This document shows positions 12,901 through 26,602 of a stretch of 64,000 nucleotides of DNA, in pieces. Made by a program: the position numbers and the translations under genes. The DNA comes from Monocercomonoides exilis PA203. Lineage: Eukaryota; Protista; Preaxostyla. Under the pieces are notes generated by a model, which ran no database searches, was not told the DNA's origin, and saw only the letters and a program-made list of their open reading frames with translations. The stretch lies in NCBI GenBank assembly GCA_001643675.2, contig LSRY02000006.1, positions 2,013,816-2,077,815 on the forward strand, read 5' to 3'. Every line of letters starts with the position of its first letter. Positions within the stretch are counted from its first letter, which is position 1.

Positions 12901-15900
12901 GCATTTTGTCCAGTTCTCTTTTAACCGCATCCAACTGTAGTAAAGTCCATTCTCTTTCTGTAACACCTTCTGGCCTTAAATCTTCAGATGATGAAATTTT
13001 CAAAAGTTTCCCATTCATTCCACGAAGAGGACTATCAGAGGAAGTTTCAGCAATTTCTCCTGCAAAATTCGTTTTCATCGATGCAGCATTTGTCACAGAC
13101 TTTGATGCTGTTTCCCCTCTTGATGAAGTCGATTCTGTTTGCGTTTGGCTCATCGGAGCGTCTTTTTGATTGCTTTCTTCTTCCTTTCGTTCTCTATGCT
13201 CATCGAGCCATTTCAATGCGAGTGGAGTAAGTATTGTTTCAATATAAATCTTTGAAGCACGCGCATAATCCTCATTCGTTGCAATCTCTCTTACTCCAAG
13301 AACACGCGTCAGATAAGTCTTTTTCATTTGCTGGAGTGCAATTGAATCAACTAGGGACTGAATAATCACATGAAGTTGCTCCAATCCAGCAGCACTGCCA
13401 TGTCGATGAACTGCAGCTTGATCCAGACAGCTATTCACAGCCATGTCAACAATCATCATCTCTTGCAACACTGCACTACGCTCATTCGCTGGAATGTGTG
13501 TGAACAGTGAGCGTAAAGCCTCAATACGTGAAGGATTGTGTGTTGATGCTCCGAGGAATGAAGGGATTGCAGAAGATGGAGGAAGAGAAGGCGACGGTAA
13601 AAGAGTCGAAGGAGTGGAGACGTTCCAGAATGGGTTTGAAGGCAGCGATGAATTCAACAGTTGAGATGGAAGCATTACAGAATTTGATGAAGAGAGTGAC
13701 TGAGGATTTGAAGAGGCATCGTAAGAAGAACGCGAAGAAGAAGCAGAAGTTGGGGAGATATCAATCAGCGCTTCGCTCATCATCGGATGGAATTGCATCT
13801 CTGTCATCTGTGCAACAGAGCGCATCTGACCTGGATGTGCAACTGGAGAAGCATGCACAAGCTCTCCTTGAATGATCTCTTCCTCTTCTGTCCACAGAAG
13901 CCCATCAAGAAATGCTGTTTCGTCGTCATCGTCGATTTCTTGGCTTGCTTTTCCTTTACCCTTTGTGCTGTTCTGCTTCCCTTTCTCTCCTTTTCCTTCT
14001 GCCGCTTTCCGTTTCACCAACATCAGTAATCGGTAGTATGCTGGTCCCAATGCTCCTCCTGCTGCTATCTGCTGTTTGATCATTTCTGCCTTTGCAGCAG
14101 CTTGCTCTTCAGGCGACTTCTCATCTTCATCTTTATCTTCTTCTGTTTTATCAGCTCCATCTTTGCTTCCAAAGTTTGATATTTGCTTCGTTTTATCTGC
14201 AGAACTGCCCTCGCCACTTTTTTTCGCTGTCTTTCCGATTTCATAATCCATTTTCCCTTGTCCTTCTGCATCTCTTTTAATTGCACTTATCCTCTGTCTT
14301 ACCTTCTCAAGAAATCGGTTGTCTTCAAACATTCGTGCTGCAGGAGCCTCCAAAACATCTGGAACGCTGATTGCGTTGCGCTTGGGCAAAGACGATGCTG
14401 ATACAAATGAAGGAAGCAAAGTAAGTGTAGGTGGAAATGTGTAATCTGGAGATAATTTTGGATGAATTGGAGAATAAAGTGGGGAAGTCAGGCAATGAGG
14501 AGATGAAATGCAAATAGGACTGTTAACATTTGTGAGTAGTGTGGATGTGAGAAGAGAAAACGGCCCACCATTGTATCGTCCGTATGGCCCATACCATATA
14601 AGTGTTTCAACGTCATTGATAAGCGAGCTATATGCTGCTGAAGGTGGGTTATAATACGAAAGCGAAGCTTGGGCGACACCACTTCCTGAAGCAGATGAAG
14701 ATCGAGTTAATTTCAAATTCTTTGATTTTTGTGCGACTGGCTGAACTGTGAACTTGACTCCAGCATGTTCCCATTCCCCTCCTCCATTCTCAGCTGCTGT
14801 CCGAATTGCCGACAAAACAGCAAACGAATTAGTTCCAGTGGCAATGCAGACAGAGCCTTCATCATCAATAAACACACCGCCTCCTCCTTCTCCCACCATC
14901 TCAGCAACAGACGGATTCCATCCCCACACAGACAAACCTGCATGCCCAACACCTTTCCCTCCAAGCAACCCTTTCCCAACTGACACTGGCCCATCATTTC
15001 CTGGCCAAGGAGGGTTCATCTCTGCTCCGCTGCTCCCACTGCATCTGCTTCCTCCTTCAGTACCTGTCAGTGTGTTTCCACCACCGTAAGTTCCATGACC
15101 CTCTCCGCTTGTCCCACTTCCGCTACTGTGGCTGATCCATCCGCCTTCTGCACACAGTGCTCCCCAGCCAGGGCATTGCATCGAATGTGCTGCAGATTCA
15201 TAGCTGAGCGAAGGCGGACACATCGCAGCTGGAAGGTATTTTCGCATGAGATATAAGTTCTGAATAATAGCTTGATGCTCTAAATAAAAAAGAAAGAGAA
15301 AGACAATTATTAATAAGAACGAAAAATATAGAAATTCAATGAAAATTAAGAGGGAAATTCTGATTATTTTCTTCTTTGTCTCTTGCACACCATTGTTGCT
15401 TGCTGCAGATGCACTTCCAGTGGAACTTCCGACAGCAGAAATTGCCAGCGAGGCATTTGGATTGGATGCAGCACCTGAGCGTAGAAGATGCTGGATTTGC
15501 TTCTGCTGCGAAGCAATCAGGTCTTTCAATGTCATTCCGAGTGCTGAAGAATCTGCTTCTGGATCTGCCATGTCTGTTGAAGATGTTTGGATGAAAAATG
15601 TTTTCGCATACGAGATTCAATGGTGCGGAAATAGAATAACAAAATATTGAATTTAAGATGTATGCAATTCACAACAACAATGAAAAATGGATGAATTAAG
15701 TGAAAGAAACATACCAATAGAGGATGTGGAGGATGCATTGCTTCCCATTCCGCCATATGGAAGTGAAGAAGCAGCTGTATATAAAAAGAAAAACCAAACA
15801 ACGAAAAGAACAACGATATCGAATCACAAATAATCAATTCACAGAAAAACAAATGACAAGCAAACATATTCCAGAAGAAGATTGAGCAGAACTCATCGAA

Positions 15901-18900
15901 GTGAACGACACGCCAGCCGCTCTTCGAGCTGCTCTGATGCGCAATAGGGAATCCTGATATGGCGAAGGGGCAAACGGAGCATCCCCCAAAACAGCTAAAT
16001 CTGTTGGCTGGTTGATCTCCCTTCTCCGCAATATCTGTGCCAGTTGTGCTGATGCTGCCTCAGCGTTGCTGCGCCCCATTCGCTGTGCGGCAAGACGGGT
16101 CGAAGCAAAACCTGATGGTGTTGATGGAGTGGATGCCATCTGACTGGAAGAGGAGCCCGTTGGAGTCAGAAGCGAAAGGTGTGCAAATGATCTGTTTGTG
16201 CGCATTCCTAATGGAGAAGGTATTGCAGTTAGTTCTGATTTTCAAACAATTTATTTCAATTCAAAGATTGCAAAAACAGAAATATTGAAAAATCAGTAAT
16301 TATCAATCGAGTTGAAACAGAATTCAAAGTGATCATTCGAAGCAAACAAAAATTTGCTTTTTGATGCAAAAACAGTAACATCATCAAACATTTCAATACT
16401 AAAATAAAAACATAAAGGTTAAATTCAACTCTCTTCAAACCTGTTGCAGATGACATTCCTTGCTGCCCTTCTGATACAAAAGAAGCTGCTGGAAACAACT
16501 CAGGATGCCTCACCATGAGCTCTCTGCCAAATGGCCCTGAAAGAATGTCCATTCCAGATATTTCAGTTCCGGCAAACGGAAACGGAGGCACATCAAACGG
16601 AGATTGCATTGCTGAAGCCGAACGATATGCATCCGCACCCATCTTCCCTCTTTCGCTTTCAATCACCGCTTGGGCTGCCGACAGAAAGTGTTCTGTACCT
16701 TCCATCGAAGAGAAGTTTGTGTTGTTGGTTGACTGAAAAACTGATGGAGGAGAGAAAATCTGATGGATGCGCATCTTTTCCTGGCGAAGAAAAGACGCCA
16801 ATGAATTATTTTGTCTTGACAAAAAGGCCTCCTCTAGTTGACTAAAGAAGAGTCCGAATAACAGGTCATATCTTGTCCTCTCATCCAACAGAAAAGCGCA
16901 AACAAGAAATGGATCGCTGGCAAACGGAAGCTGATCTAGTTGAATTTTCAGGGAGTCTAATTCTGTAGGCAGCTTGCTTGATGATAGGACATTTCCATTC
17001 ATTCCTGTTGCTGTTGTGGATGTGGATGATGAAGATATTGATGATGATGAACTTGAAAGCGAAGATGAAGAAGAAAAGTTATTCATATTTCGAGTATTAG
17101 CAAGTGAAAGTGCTCCCAACGAAAGACTGCTTTTCGAAGTTTGTATTCCGTTTGCTGCTTTGAGGGGGTTTAGCTTCGCAGCAGCTGCCTGCTTGTCCAA
17201 ATCATCCAAATTCATTTTATCAATTACACTTGGATTCGCAACAAGATACAGCGCTGTTGAGTAGATATGCAGCTCTCTTAACGCAAACAGGAGAAAGACT
17301 GCAGCGCGCATATTGTGCAGCGTCATCGCATCTTCTCCAATCCGGAAAATTTCGCGCTCATGTGGAACGTACCATACATTGGTGAGGTTGTCTCCAACAA
17401 GCAAGTTCTCAAATGGCGTTGAAACATTTGCTCGATGATTATCTACAGTCCTTCCAATCAGATCGTCAGCTGTCATTGAGCCGCACACAAATGGAGAGAT
17501 GTTCGGAGATTGAGCTAACTCCATTCGGAACTCCCGCAGCATCTGTGAATGCTGTACGCGAAGGGCAAACATTGCCATATCCTTCCACATGTCTGAACAA
17601 TATCCTTGAATCATGTCAAACTTCAGCTGTCTCAGCCTTTTTGAAAGTTCACCTCTTCGTTCCCTTCTCATAATCGATGCGACTCGTTCACTGTATCCTT
17701 TCAGTCTCAATTCTCGTACGGACAATTTTCGCGAATTCAACGGAACGAAAAAGGATGATGCTTCTCGCAGAGCTAATCGTTCCCAACGATTTAGCTTTTT
17801 CATTTGTTCGGCTGTTGACAGCTGCACAGCAGATGCAGACGAAGCTAAGAACATTTCTGACCCATCTTCAATTCCATTGGCAATATTATCTTCCACACCT
17901 GATTGTGTTGCTGCAACAGAAGTCAAGAATGTCTCATCTTTTGGTATCAACCCAACTTCCTCTTCTTTCTCTTTCAGAAACACGAAAAATTGATCCAACG
18001 GAATCTGATTGTATTGAACAACAATCTCCAACATGCATCGCTGAAGCACTTGCACTTGAACTGCATGGCGAAGATCGGTCAGTCCTTGCTCTCCAAACAC
18101 CTTTGCACATCCAACAAACGAGGAGAAATCGAAATCAGCCAAATCTGGATCGAACTCTGAAATAGCAAAGTTCACATGCACAGTTGATGTGAATCCCTGA
18201 ACCAGAGAAGCGACAGGACTTTTTGTTGAAAGTGACTGTGGTGATGGACTACTTTGAGGAGAGTATGCATCTGTTCCCAGTGGCTGTGGTGCATTTGAAG
18301 ATAAAAGTTGAGGTGATTCGCCAGGAGATATTGGAGGAGATGTGCCAAAACCTTCAATCTTCTCAATACCATCATCAACTGATGCTAGACTTACAATAAC
18401 CTTTGCAGGATCTCCATGCTCTCGATGCATAAATGCTGCAGCACTGTTTTCTCTGGACAAATTAGATCTTGATTGAGATGGCGTCATTGCCTGAGTGTTA
18501 ACTGAAGCAGCGATGGATGCATTGCATTCTTCAAAGTTGATTGGATCCAATTCGAATCGTCGAACACGCAACCCGACGCACTCTGCCTGCTGTTTGTACA
18601 CTCCAAAGAGCAGCTCTGTCACTTTGTGTGCATACAACAATTCGTGTCTCAATCTCACTGCTTCCAAAGCATGTGTCAGTGCAACAACAGAAATCATGCT
18701 GATTTGTGTTAGCGATGCAAGCGATGCATTCGCCGTGGACTGCCCTGATGCTGTATCAAAGAATGAAGAAAGCTTAAGCTTCAGAATCTTCAATGTGTAT
18801 TGCATTCGGTTTGCATCGTAACTGCTTGTGCTACTAAATGAATGAAGGGCAGCAGATGGTGAGTCAGCATTCTGAACAAGAGATAACGATGATGGAGTTT

Positions 18901-21900
18901 GCACAAAACCAGAGGCAATCCGTTCGGCGTTTGCAGCTGCATCTCCTCCAGCTTCTGTTTCATCAACTCTTTCCTCTTTTAATTTGTGCGTTGAATCCGA
19001 TTGCGCAATGCCATTATCCTGTGTCGCAGAGTTAGCTTCTATTTTTAATCCACTCACACTTCCTCCTTCTCCTACAGACATAATTCTGTCCCGAGCAGTA
19101 TTTGCCTTTGATCCAAAAGGAGTGAACTCAGAATCCAATGAAGCAACAAAAGTATCAACTGCAGCACATATTCCAACAGGATTTTCAATCACATCTTCGT
19201 TTGAAGCAGCTTGAACAGAAGGGTGAACGAAAGCAGAACGGTCCAGCTCAACATATTCAGTAACTCCTCCGTTTGGCTCCATTCCTTCCGGAGTCAGTGA
19301 AGGTGTAGTAGCAGGAGATACACCGCTTCCAGCTGCTTGTGAAATGCTGGGCCTTCTTGTCATCTCTGCAGTCGCAAGAGTCGTTGATGGAGATGCCTCA
19401 GTAACAGCACTTTCATCCTTTTCAAACCGCACCCAGCTGACAATCGCCTGCTGTAAAAGTGCTGCATGGAGTGACAGTGTTGCTAACATTGTTGCTGGAT
19501 GATGCAATTGCACGAGTTGGTTAAATGCTTCTTCCAACACTGCCGGAATGTGTCTCACCTGTGCGATGGACTGTGGAAACTCGAAGGGAGCAAACGGATG
19601 GCCACGAGGAATAAGTGTAATATCTGTGAGTTTATATACATCCAGCGGTGGAAGTGGAAGGCCAATTGTGGCATCTGTTGAAAGCTGTGAGAATGTCGAA
19701 GACACTTCGCGAGAAAAGCGCCGCTCGTCGTTGATCATACGTGACATCACTGCATGAAGCAAGTTGAACTGCATCTCCAGACAGATGATCTCTGTCGCAT
19801 ATGAATCCACAAACGATTGTGCTGACAAGTCAATTCGTGGGCGGAGTGCAAGCAGATCAATTATCAGTCGAGCCAGTGCCTTCCTCTCGTTCGGATCGCA
19901 GCAGCACTCGTACGCTTCGACATACAAATCAACAACCTTCCGCTTGGAACGCTGGAAGAGCGCCTCACATTCGAGAATATCAGACAGCATAGCCTGTCGA
20001 TCGAACAGCGATGACGTCTCTCCAAACAGCTGCTCCTTCAAACGTTGAGGAAGAACTGGCCCACTTTTTGTGGTTGTCATGTGAAGTGAGTCAAACAGAT
20101 CATTCATTTCTTTTGAGATCTTCGCTGATAAGAAATGTGACACAATGCGAAGAAGTTCTGATTCCAAATGTGTCATCATTGTTATTGCTTCCTCATACAG
20201 AATAGTCACTCCATGGCAATCTCTCACTATCATCCGCTCTTTCTCACCCAGCTCGCATATGTCGTCTCTGTGGATCAACCCTTTCAATCCTCTCATCTGC
20301 AGAGTAGTCAACTGTGGACACGTCTCAAATGTTGCTGGGAGAACTGTCTGAATTGTTGTTCCTTCAGATGCAGAAGATCTGCTGCTGTTGCTTCGACGTG
20401 TTCCACTTCTTGTTCTCATACCGCTACCACATCCTGTGCTTTTTGCTTCATTGAATCCAAATGTTGTCGTTTCTGGTGTTGTAAATAAGGTGAATGCGGA
20501 AGAAATAGGAAGAGCTTTTGTGTTCTCGCGTGCCATAAGCTGTGGTGTTTGAATCATTGGATTGAGGTTTGGATCTTCAACAATATTGACATCAAGCGGC
20601 GCATGCAGCAGAAAATCAACACTATCATTGGAGATTTTTTTGGATGATGACGAGCCACTAGCGTTTCCTCCTCTTCCACCGATAAATCGACTGTTATTAT
20701 TCTCATCCAACAACTCATCTTCATCTCCACTATCCCCTGAGCCATCGCCTCCTTTTCTTTGTCCATGGGTGCTTGGATCAAACTCACCTGGCAGCTTTGT
20801 TTCACATTCCCACGGAAATCCTAGTGCATCCAGTGTGATCTTTCTTTGGATAGATGAGAAGTAGTTCATCAAACTCAGCAGACGTTCTCTCATCTCCACA
20901 CACCGCGCATGGCGCAGAAGATACATTGCAATCAACTTCCTCTTTTTGAGCCTCTTCACTGAACCGGTCGCTGTTTCAGTTGCACCTGCTCTGAAAGCTC
21001 CTCCGCTTAGACGAGAACCACCTACTGAGCTTATGGCGCTGGATCTCCCACTCCTCCTTCCTCCACCTCCATCAACACCAAATTGGATGATAACGTCTTC
21101 TTCATCTTCTCCTTCTTCATCCTCTCCGGAAGCAGATTCAGCACCTTTGATGCCAGAGTCTCCTCCAATCACTGAATGAGAAATTGCCTGTGATGCAGTG
21201 TCAGTGAACAGTCGTTGCTTCTCTGCAATTGCTAAATTCTCTTCCAAATTTCTCCCCACAAACGAGATGGACGATCCAGCCATGGACGAACCAGGTGTTG
21301 TTGCTCCGCTTCCTGCCATTCGAGCGCTTCTACCTCGAGTGCTTGCTGTTGTCGACCCAGGTGCTGATACCAGTGGAGAGTTGGAAACTGAAGTAGACAG
21401 TGAAGGTGATGAAAGTGGAGAGGGTGACAGAGAAGCCTGAAATGAAGCTAGTGCGGTCTGTCGCGCCATGATGGCAGTGGTGATGCGTTGACCATGTGTG
21501 TTTGCAAGAGACTTGGCTCGTGAAAGCAGCACATCCAAATCATTGATCTTCAACGACTCCATTTCCACACGCAGAAGTCCATCAATAGAGACTCGTGCCA
21601 AAATACCCTGTTGATAGTCCTGCCTCTGCGAGATATGAGGCAGCGGGGCATATGGCACCCATGGCGAAGTCTTAATGAAAGTGTGCTGCAATCCATAGCA
21701 CTGCACATGCTGCTCACTTGGCGGAATCATTGACGAAGTTGGAGCTCTGCCTTTTCGCGTCATAAACGAGTCTGAACGCACATGAACATTCGAGCTATTT
21801 CCCTTCGATCCATCTCCTCTAACTTTTCCATCTCCATCTACTTCTCCTTCATCTTCACCGTTCTCATCTCCGTCTTCTCTGCCTCGTCCTTTGCCTGTTC

Positions 21901-23452
21901 TCTTCCCCTTTCTCTTGCCTCCATTCCAGCCACTTCCATAGCTGCCATCTGCGTCAGCTGTAGCGCTTTCAACACTCTGTGACAATGGCACAAACAACTC
22001 ACATTGAGAATACAATGGATAAGTTGAAGACCTCTTCTGCTCAGTAACAAGATCAGCAAATAATCTGGCTGCTCGAAATGAAAATCCTTCGCTCAAAACA
22101 TCGCGTGGGGTGTCTGCGATGCCAAATGCACGGCCCAGTTGATACAACACAGCATCGAGTGAAAGTGTGTCGCTGATGAGAACTGGGATGGGAGTCTCAG
22201 TTTCTTCTTTCATCTTCTCACTTGCTCTCTTTTGGGCGTTGTAGAAGTCGGATTCTGAACGATACGGACGGATAACACTATCTGAAAACATTCAAATAAA
22301 AAGATCAGAAAAAAGAAATTAACACTACAATAGACAAATAATCAAGCATGCCACTTTGGCTTCTTTGTTCTGTCGTCTCGTTTTGACTTGTCTGACGTGT
22401 TCCTTTTGGCTGATTGAAAATCTGTTGAGCCCTTGAAACCACCTCATATCTGTGCGTATACGGTAGCCAATGCAAAACAGCCAGAAATGCATTTAAACGC
22501 TTCGATGTTCGCGCAGAAAAAACAGTTTCTCGAAGCATGATTCGAAGATCATCTGGATGAATGTATTGAAGAAGGTTATCATCCAAGTTACCGAATGAAG
22601 TGGTATTTCCGCTGGATGACCCTGACGAGGATCCAGAAGAGCCTGATGATTGAGATCCTCCACCACCTCCAATCTGACGACCCATTCGACGAGACGATGT
22701 TTTGAGAGTTAGTTTTGGTGTTGATCCTTTTGGGTTGCTTGTATCACTTGAGGCAGATCCCTCAGCCAAAGATATTGGTCTATAAAATCTTGCTGAAAGG
22801 GATCCTTCTAATCTCCGCAATCTCATCAATGCATCTTCATATTCCATATCAAATCTTTCCAATCGTGCAACAAATGCAGGGAATGAACGCTGATGCATTG
22901 AGTTTGCCGTGCAAAATCGTGTCCATCGCGCCAAATAATTGCATTTCTGTTGAATAATTTCAAACTTTCTGCTTTGGTAATACTGCAGCAAAATTTCAAA
23001 GATCGTATTCAGAGATATTTGTGGCTTAATCGCTGATTCAATCTAAGAAAAATACATATTTTTCCATTTCAAGAGAAATATCATAGAATGAAACAAATAA
23101 ATTATAAAATTGTAGGACATACTTCTTCTGCGTATAAATCTGATTCGATTATAGGAGGTTCTGGAAATTTGACTTGAGAAAGAGCTCTTAAACAATATTC
23201 ACGGTCACTACGAAAACGCTTCAACTCTGGAAGTACTATTGGAGGTCTGGCGGATGCGTTTTTCAATTTTCCACGTTGATCATCTCGATCTTTAAGCAAC
23301 GTCTTGCAATTGTTTGCCAAAGTTTCCAGTTTAAATTCGAGCTCTCGCTGGCTCAGAGACAATGCCTTATTGTTCCAATCTGTATAAGCAAGAGAGCTAG
23401 GATATTTTTCATGTAACAGTCTTATTTGCTCCTCCTCTCTATCCGCCCTCAT
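9992..23452 (-). CDS. Giant (>4000 aa) multi-exon coiled-coil protein, CCDC162/DUF4549-like N-terminus
   Basis: ORFs 23102-23509, 22305-22991, 16256-22291, 15834-16205 and 9992-15571, plus a short exon near 15713-15775, join in frame across introns (23122-23043, ~22351-22282, starting 16440, 15390-15280). The segment FRSDREYCLRALSQV...ILLQYYQSRKFEIIQQKCNYLARWTRFC...EYEDALMRLRRL resembles DUF4549 from recall. Long heptad coiled coil near the C-terminus. Start codon is approximate. Confidence 0.7.
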
Positions 23453-23743
23453 GCAACAAAAATGTTTTTTAATTTTTGAATGATTGATCCTGCCCATCGT
23501 TACGTGCATTCATTCATGAAATTTTTTGCAACAGGTTTGTAGTTTAATTCTGAAAGGTTGTAATTTTATATATAAAAATATTCCAACAACATTCAAATCC
23601 TTAATTTTCTTCATTCTGTTAAATTGTTTAAGGGTTTTTTTCCATAACTTTAGAATTCATAAACTGAATTTATAATATTTTGAAAAGTTTGTTTCCGTTG
23701 AGAGTTATTTTTTATTTACACATTTTCATTTTTTAAAATTTAG

Positions 23744-24438
23744 ATGGCTACACGACAACCAACAATACCACCATCAAAAGTTCTTCATATTCGAAATGGC
23801 TCACCAGAGCCCAATGAAGTTGATCTGACAGTTATCCTTCCGTTTCTTTCTAATTTTGGAACGGTGATTTATGTTGTTACCATGCCGAAACTTCAACAAG
23901 CGCTCGTTGAAATGGATACACTGGAATCAGCACAGAAGGCTGTTTCATATGCCACATCTTCTCAAATCGAAGTTCAAGGACAACTTTATTTCTTGCACTT
24001 TTCTAAAAGTCAAAGTATAAACAGAGAGCCTTCATACAGGAGAAGTTTGCTATTTTTAAAGTTTTTTTATTGAATATCAAAATTTGAAAAAATATTTCAT
24101 CAGCACTTGTTGAACACCATGGAGAAAAGATCCTTCTTGCAACAGTGCATAATCCTCTTTACCCGATTACAATGGATATTGTGACAGCTATTTTGAAGCC
24201 ATTTAATGTTCTTCGAATTGTTATTTTCCACACTCACGGAATTCAATTTCTTGCGGAATTTGCCACACCAGAAGAAGCACGCACAGCAAAAGATGCACTT
24301 GATGGAAGAGAAATTTACTCGAATTGTTGCCTATTAAAGGTTGTTTACTCAACTCAAAGTACAACCTTAAATGTGCGCTACAACACAGACATGACATATG
24401 ATTTCACACGTCCTGACCTTCCTTCGAAGTCTGCGTAA
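23744..24438 (+). CDS. hnRNP L / PTB-like RRM RNA-binding protein (two RRMs visible)
   Basis: RRM1 SKVLHIRN...QQALVEMDTLESA and RRM2 ILLATVHNPLYPITMD...LRIVIF..GIQFLAEF...AKDALDGREIYSNCCLLKVVYS...LNVRYN..TYDFTRPDLP. A GT-AG intron at about 24046-24103 joins them in frame. Further 3' exons are possible. Confidence 0.85.
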
Positions 24439-25169
24439 AAAATCTCACTCTTCCGGAAATATAAGCACAAGAGTATTTTTTACTGACAAGATTGGAAAAG
24501 ATTCTGCTCTTACGTAAAAAATATTCTTTGCTTGTGGGATCATCATTCATACACCCACACCATCAATCACGAACTCATTCATATCAATGTCACTACATCA
24601 TTTGACCCATTCCACCAAAGCTGCACATCATCCATTCACATTTCTAAATAATTGTTTCAATAATCAATCCTCCTTTCTATTCCTTATTATCGACTTTGAA
24701 CGTAATAATTAAAATTTTTTTGATGCTTTTCTGGTATCTTTTTTGAAGTGATTCATTATATGTAAGAATGCGGCTGCTATTTGTTGTTAACGCTTGCAAT
24801 TTTTAATCTATCGATATAATAATTTTCAGATAATTGAAAACGTTGAGTTTTAAAAATCATCTCCATCAATACAAATAATCTATCCCTGAAAATAGATATA
24901 TTCGAGTAGATTAAACAATGGCGTTCAAGTTAATATTTATTGACATTTTTTGTGGAAAATACAAAAACTTAAAGAAATAATACACAAATAAAAATTAAAT
25001 TTGTAGCATAAGAATTAATAACTTATGAGCTACAAATGATACAAATTTTGTGTCACCTAAGATGGTGAAAACGTAAAAGGAATGATATGAATTATTGATA
25101 ACAGTTATTTATCTTCTTTGATTTGTCTATGAAGTAAAATAATAGCAAAAATATAAACATCAACATTTT

Positions 25170-25504
25170 CTAAAATTTTTCAAATGCATACGTGCACGTG
25201 AAAAGCAAAGCACTTGCAGCGAGGAATATTGAGCTCGCAACAAAGCTGAGATTTCTTGGAAAAGCCGCGAACATTCCCACAAAAGTTGCTGTTTGCGAAG
25301 CTGGCCAATACTCTTGATAAATGGAAAACGCTAATGAAGCTAGAAATAACAGGAATAATATTCCTGAAGACACATAAGAGCAAGTTGCACGCATAACTCT
25401 GATCTGAATAACCAAAATAAAAGATTTGACAATAAAAATGGTTTCATAAATGTAGTTCTTACTATCGCAAGAAATCAAATTTGATATACATTATATTCTA
25501 GCAT
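25170..25504 (-). CDS. Small hypothetical membrane protein (probably multi-exon)
   Basis: Hydrophobic segments GILFLLFLASLAFSIY and LSFVASSIFLAASALLF in a relatively GC-richer exon. Possible first exon MLEYN at 25504. The 3' end is unresolved. Confidence 0.4.
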
Positions 25505-25557
25505 TCCTTTTGTTGTTTTATCACTTCGTCAAAGTACGAATAGAGCTTTATTTTGTT

Positions 25558-26602
25558 TTTTAATTATCTAGGGCGGTTTTTTTATCCGGACAAAAATTTA
25601 AAATTAAAATATCTCAATAAATATTCAATATTAAATTTCAGAAATTTGCATAGTTGTATATTAGTATATATGACATCTATTCATATCCAAATTTTTATTT
25701 GTTGTGCTGTATTTATGAAGAAATAAATTAATTTTATTTCAGAAAATCTGCCTTTTGATGAATTTTTCTATTTCAATAACACGATTCAATTCATCTTTTA
25801 AACACACAACTTATTTTTTCATGATATAAACAATTTTGGCTATTTTTTATTTTCGGCAATTTGCTCGTTTGGACTGAATAAAAATTTGTCATTTCAAAAA
25901 AGCATTGTCAATGGGACAACTTAAAAAATATTTTTCATAAAATGCAGGAGCATCTAACTGAAATCAACACTTGCATTAATTAATATATTAGTTATATAAA
26001 ATTTCTTTATTGATGAAATTTAAAATGATTCAGTGAAGATTTTGTAAATGCAATTTGTTTTTTTAATTGATGATTTTCGAATACATTTTATTAAAATTAG
26101 AATAATATTGATTTTATGAAATCTTCACTGAACCATTATTATTATTACATTGTGGTAAGTTTATATAACTAATATATTAATTAATGCAAGTGTTGATTTC
26201 AGTTAGATGCTCCTGCATTTTATGAAAAATATTTTTTAAGTTGTCCCATTGACAATGCTTTTTTGAAATGACAAATTTTTATTCAGTCCAAACGAGCAAA
26301 TTGCCGAAAATAAAAAATAGCCAAAATTGTTTATATCATGAAAAAATAAGTTGTGTGTTTAAAAGATGAATTGAATCGTGTTATTGAAATAGAAAAATTC
26401 ATCAAAAGGCAGATTTTCTGAAATAAAATTAATTTATTTCTTCATAAATACAGCACAACAAATAAAAATTTGGATATGAATAGATGTCATATATACTAAT
26501 ATACAACTATGCAAATTTCTGAAATTTAATATTGAATATTTATTGAGATATTTTAATTTTAAATTTTTGTCCGGATAAAAAAACCGCCCTAGATAATTAA
26601 AA
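25558..26602. repeat. Fold-back palindrome P2: 443-bp inverted arms (25558-26000 / 26160-26602), 159-bp degenerate palindromic centre
   Basis: taattatctagggcggtttttttatccggac... is mirrored by ...gtccggataaaaaaaccgccctagataatta. The centre retains ttcagtgaagattt / aaatcttcactgaa symmetry around ttcgaa at about 26080. Confidence 0.95.

Noticed and set aside
15280-15390. Apparent transmembrane segment in ORF 9992..15571
   Set aside because: It is a 111-bp, stop-free, in-frame GT-AG intron with T-rich composition.
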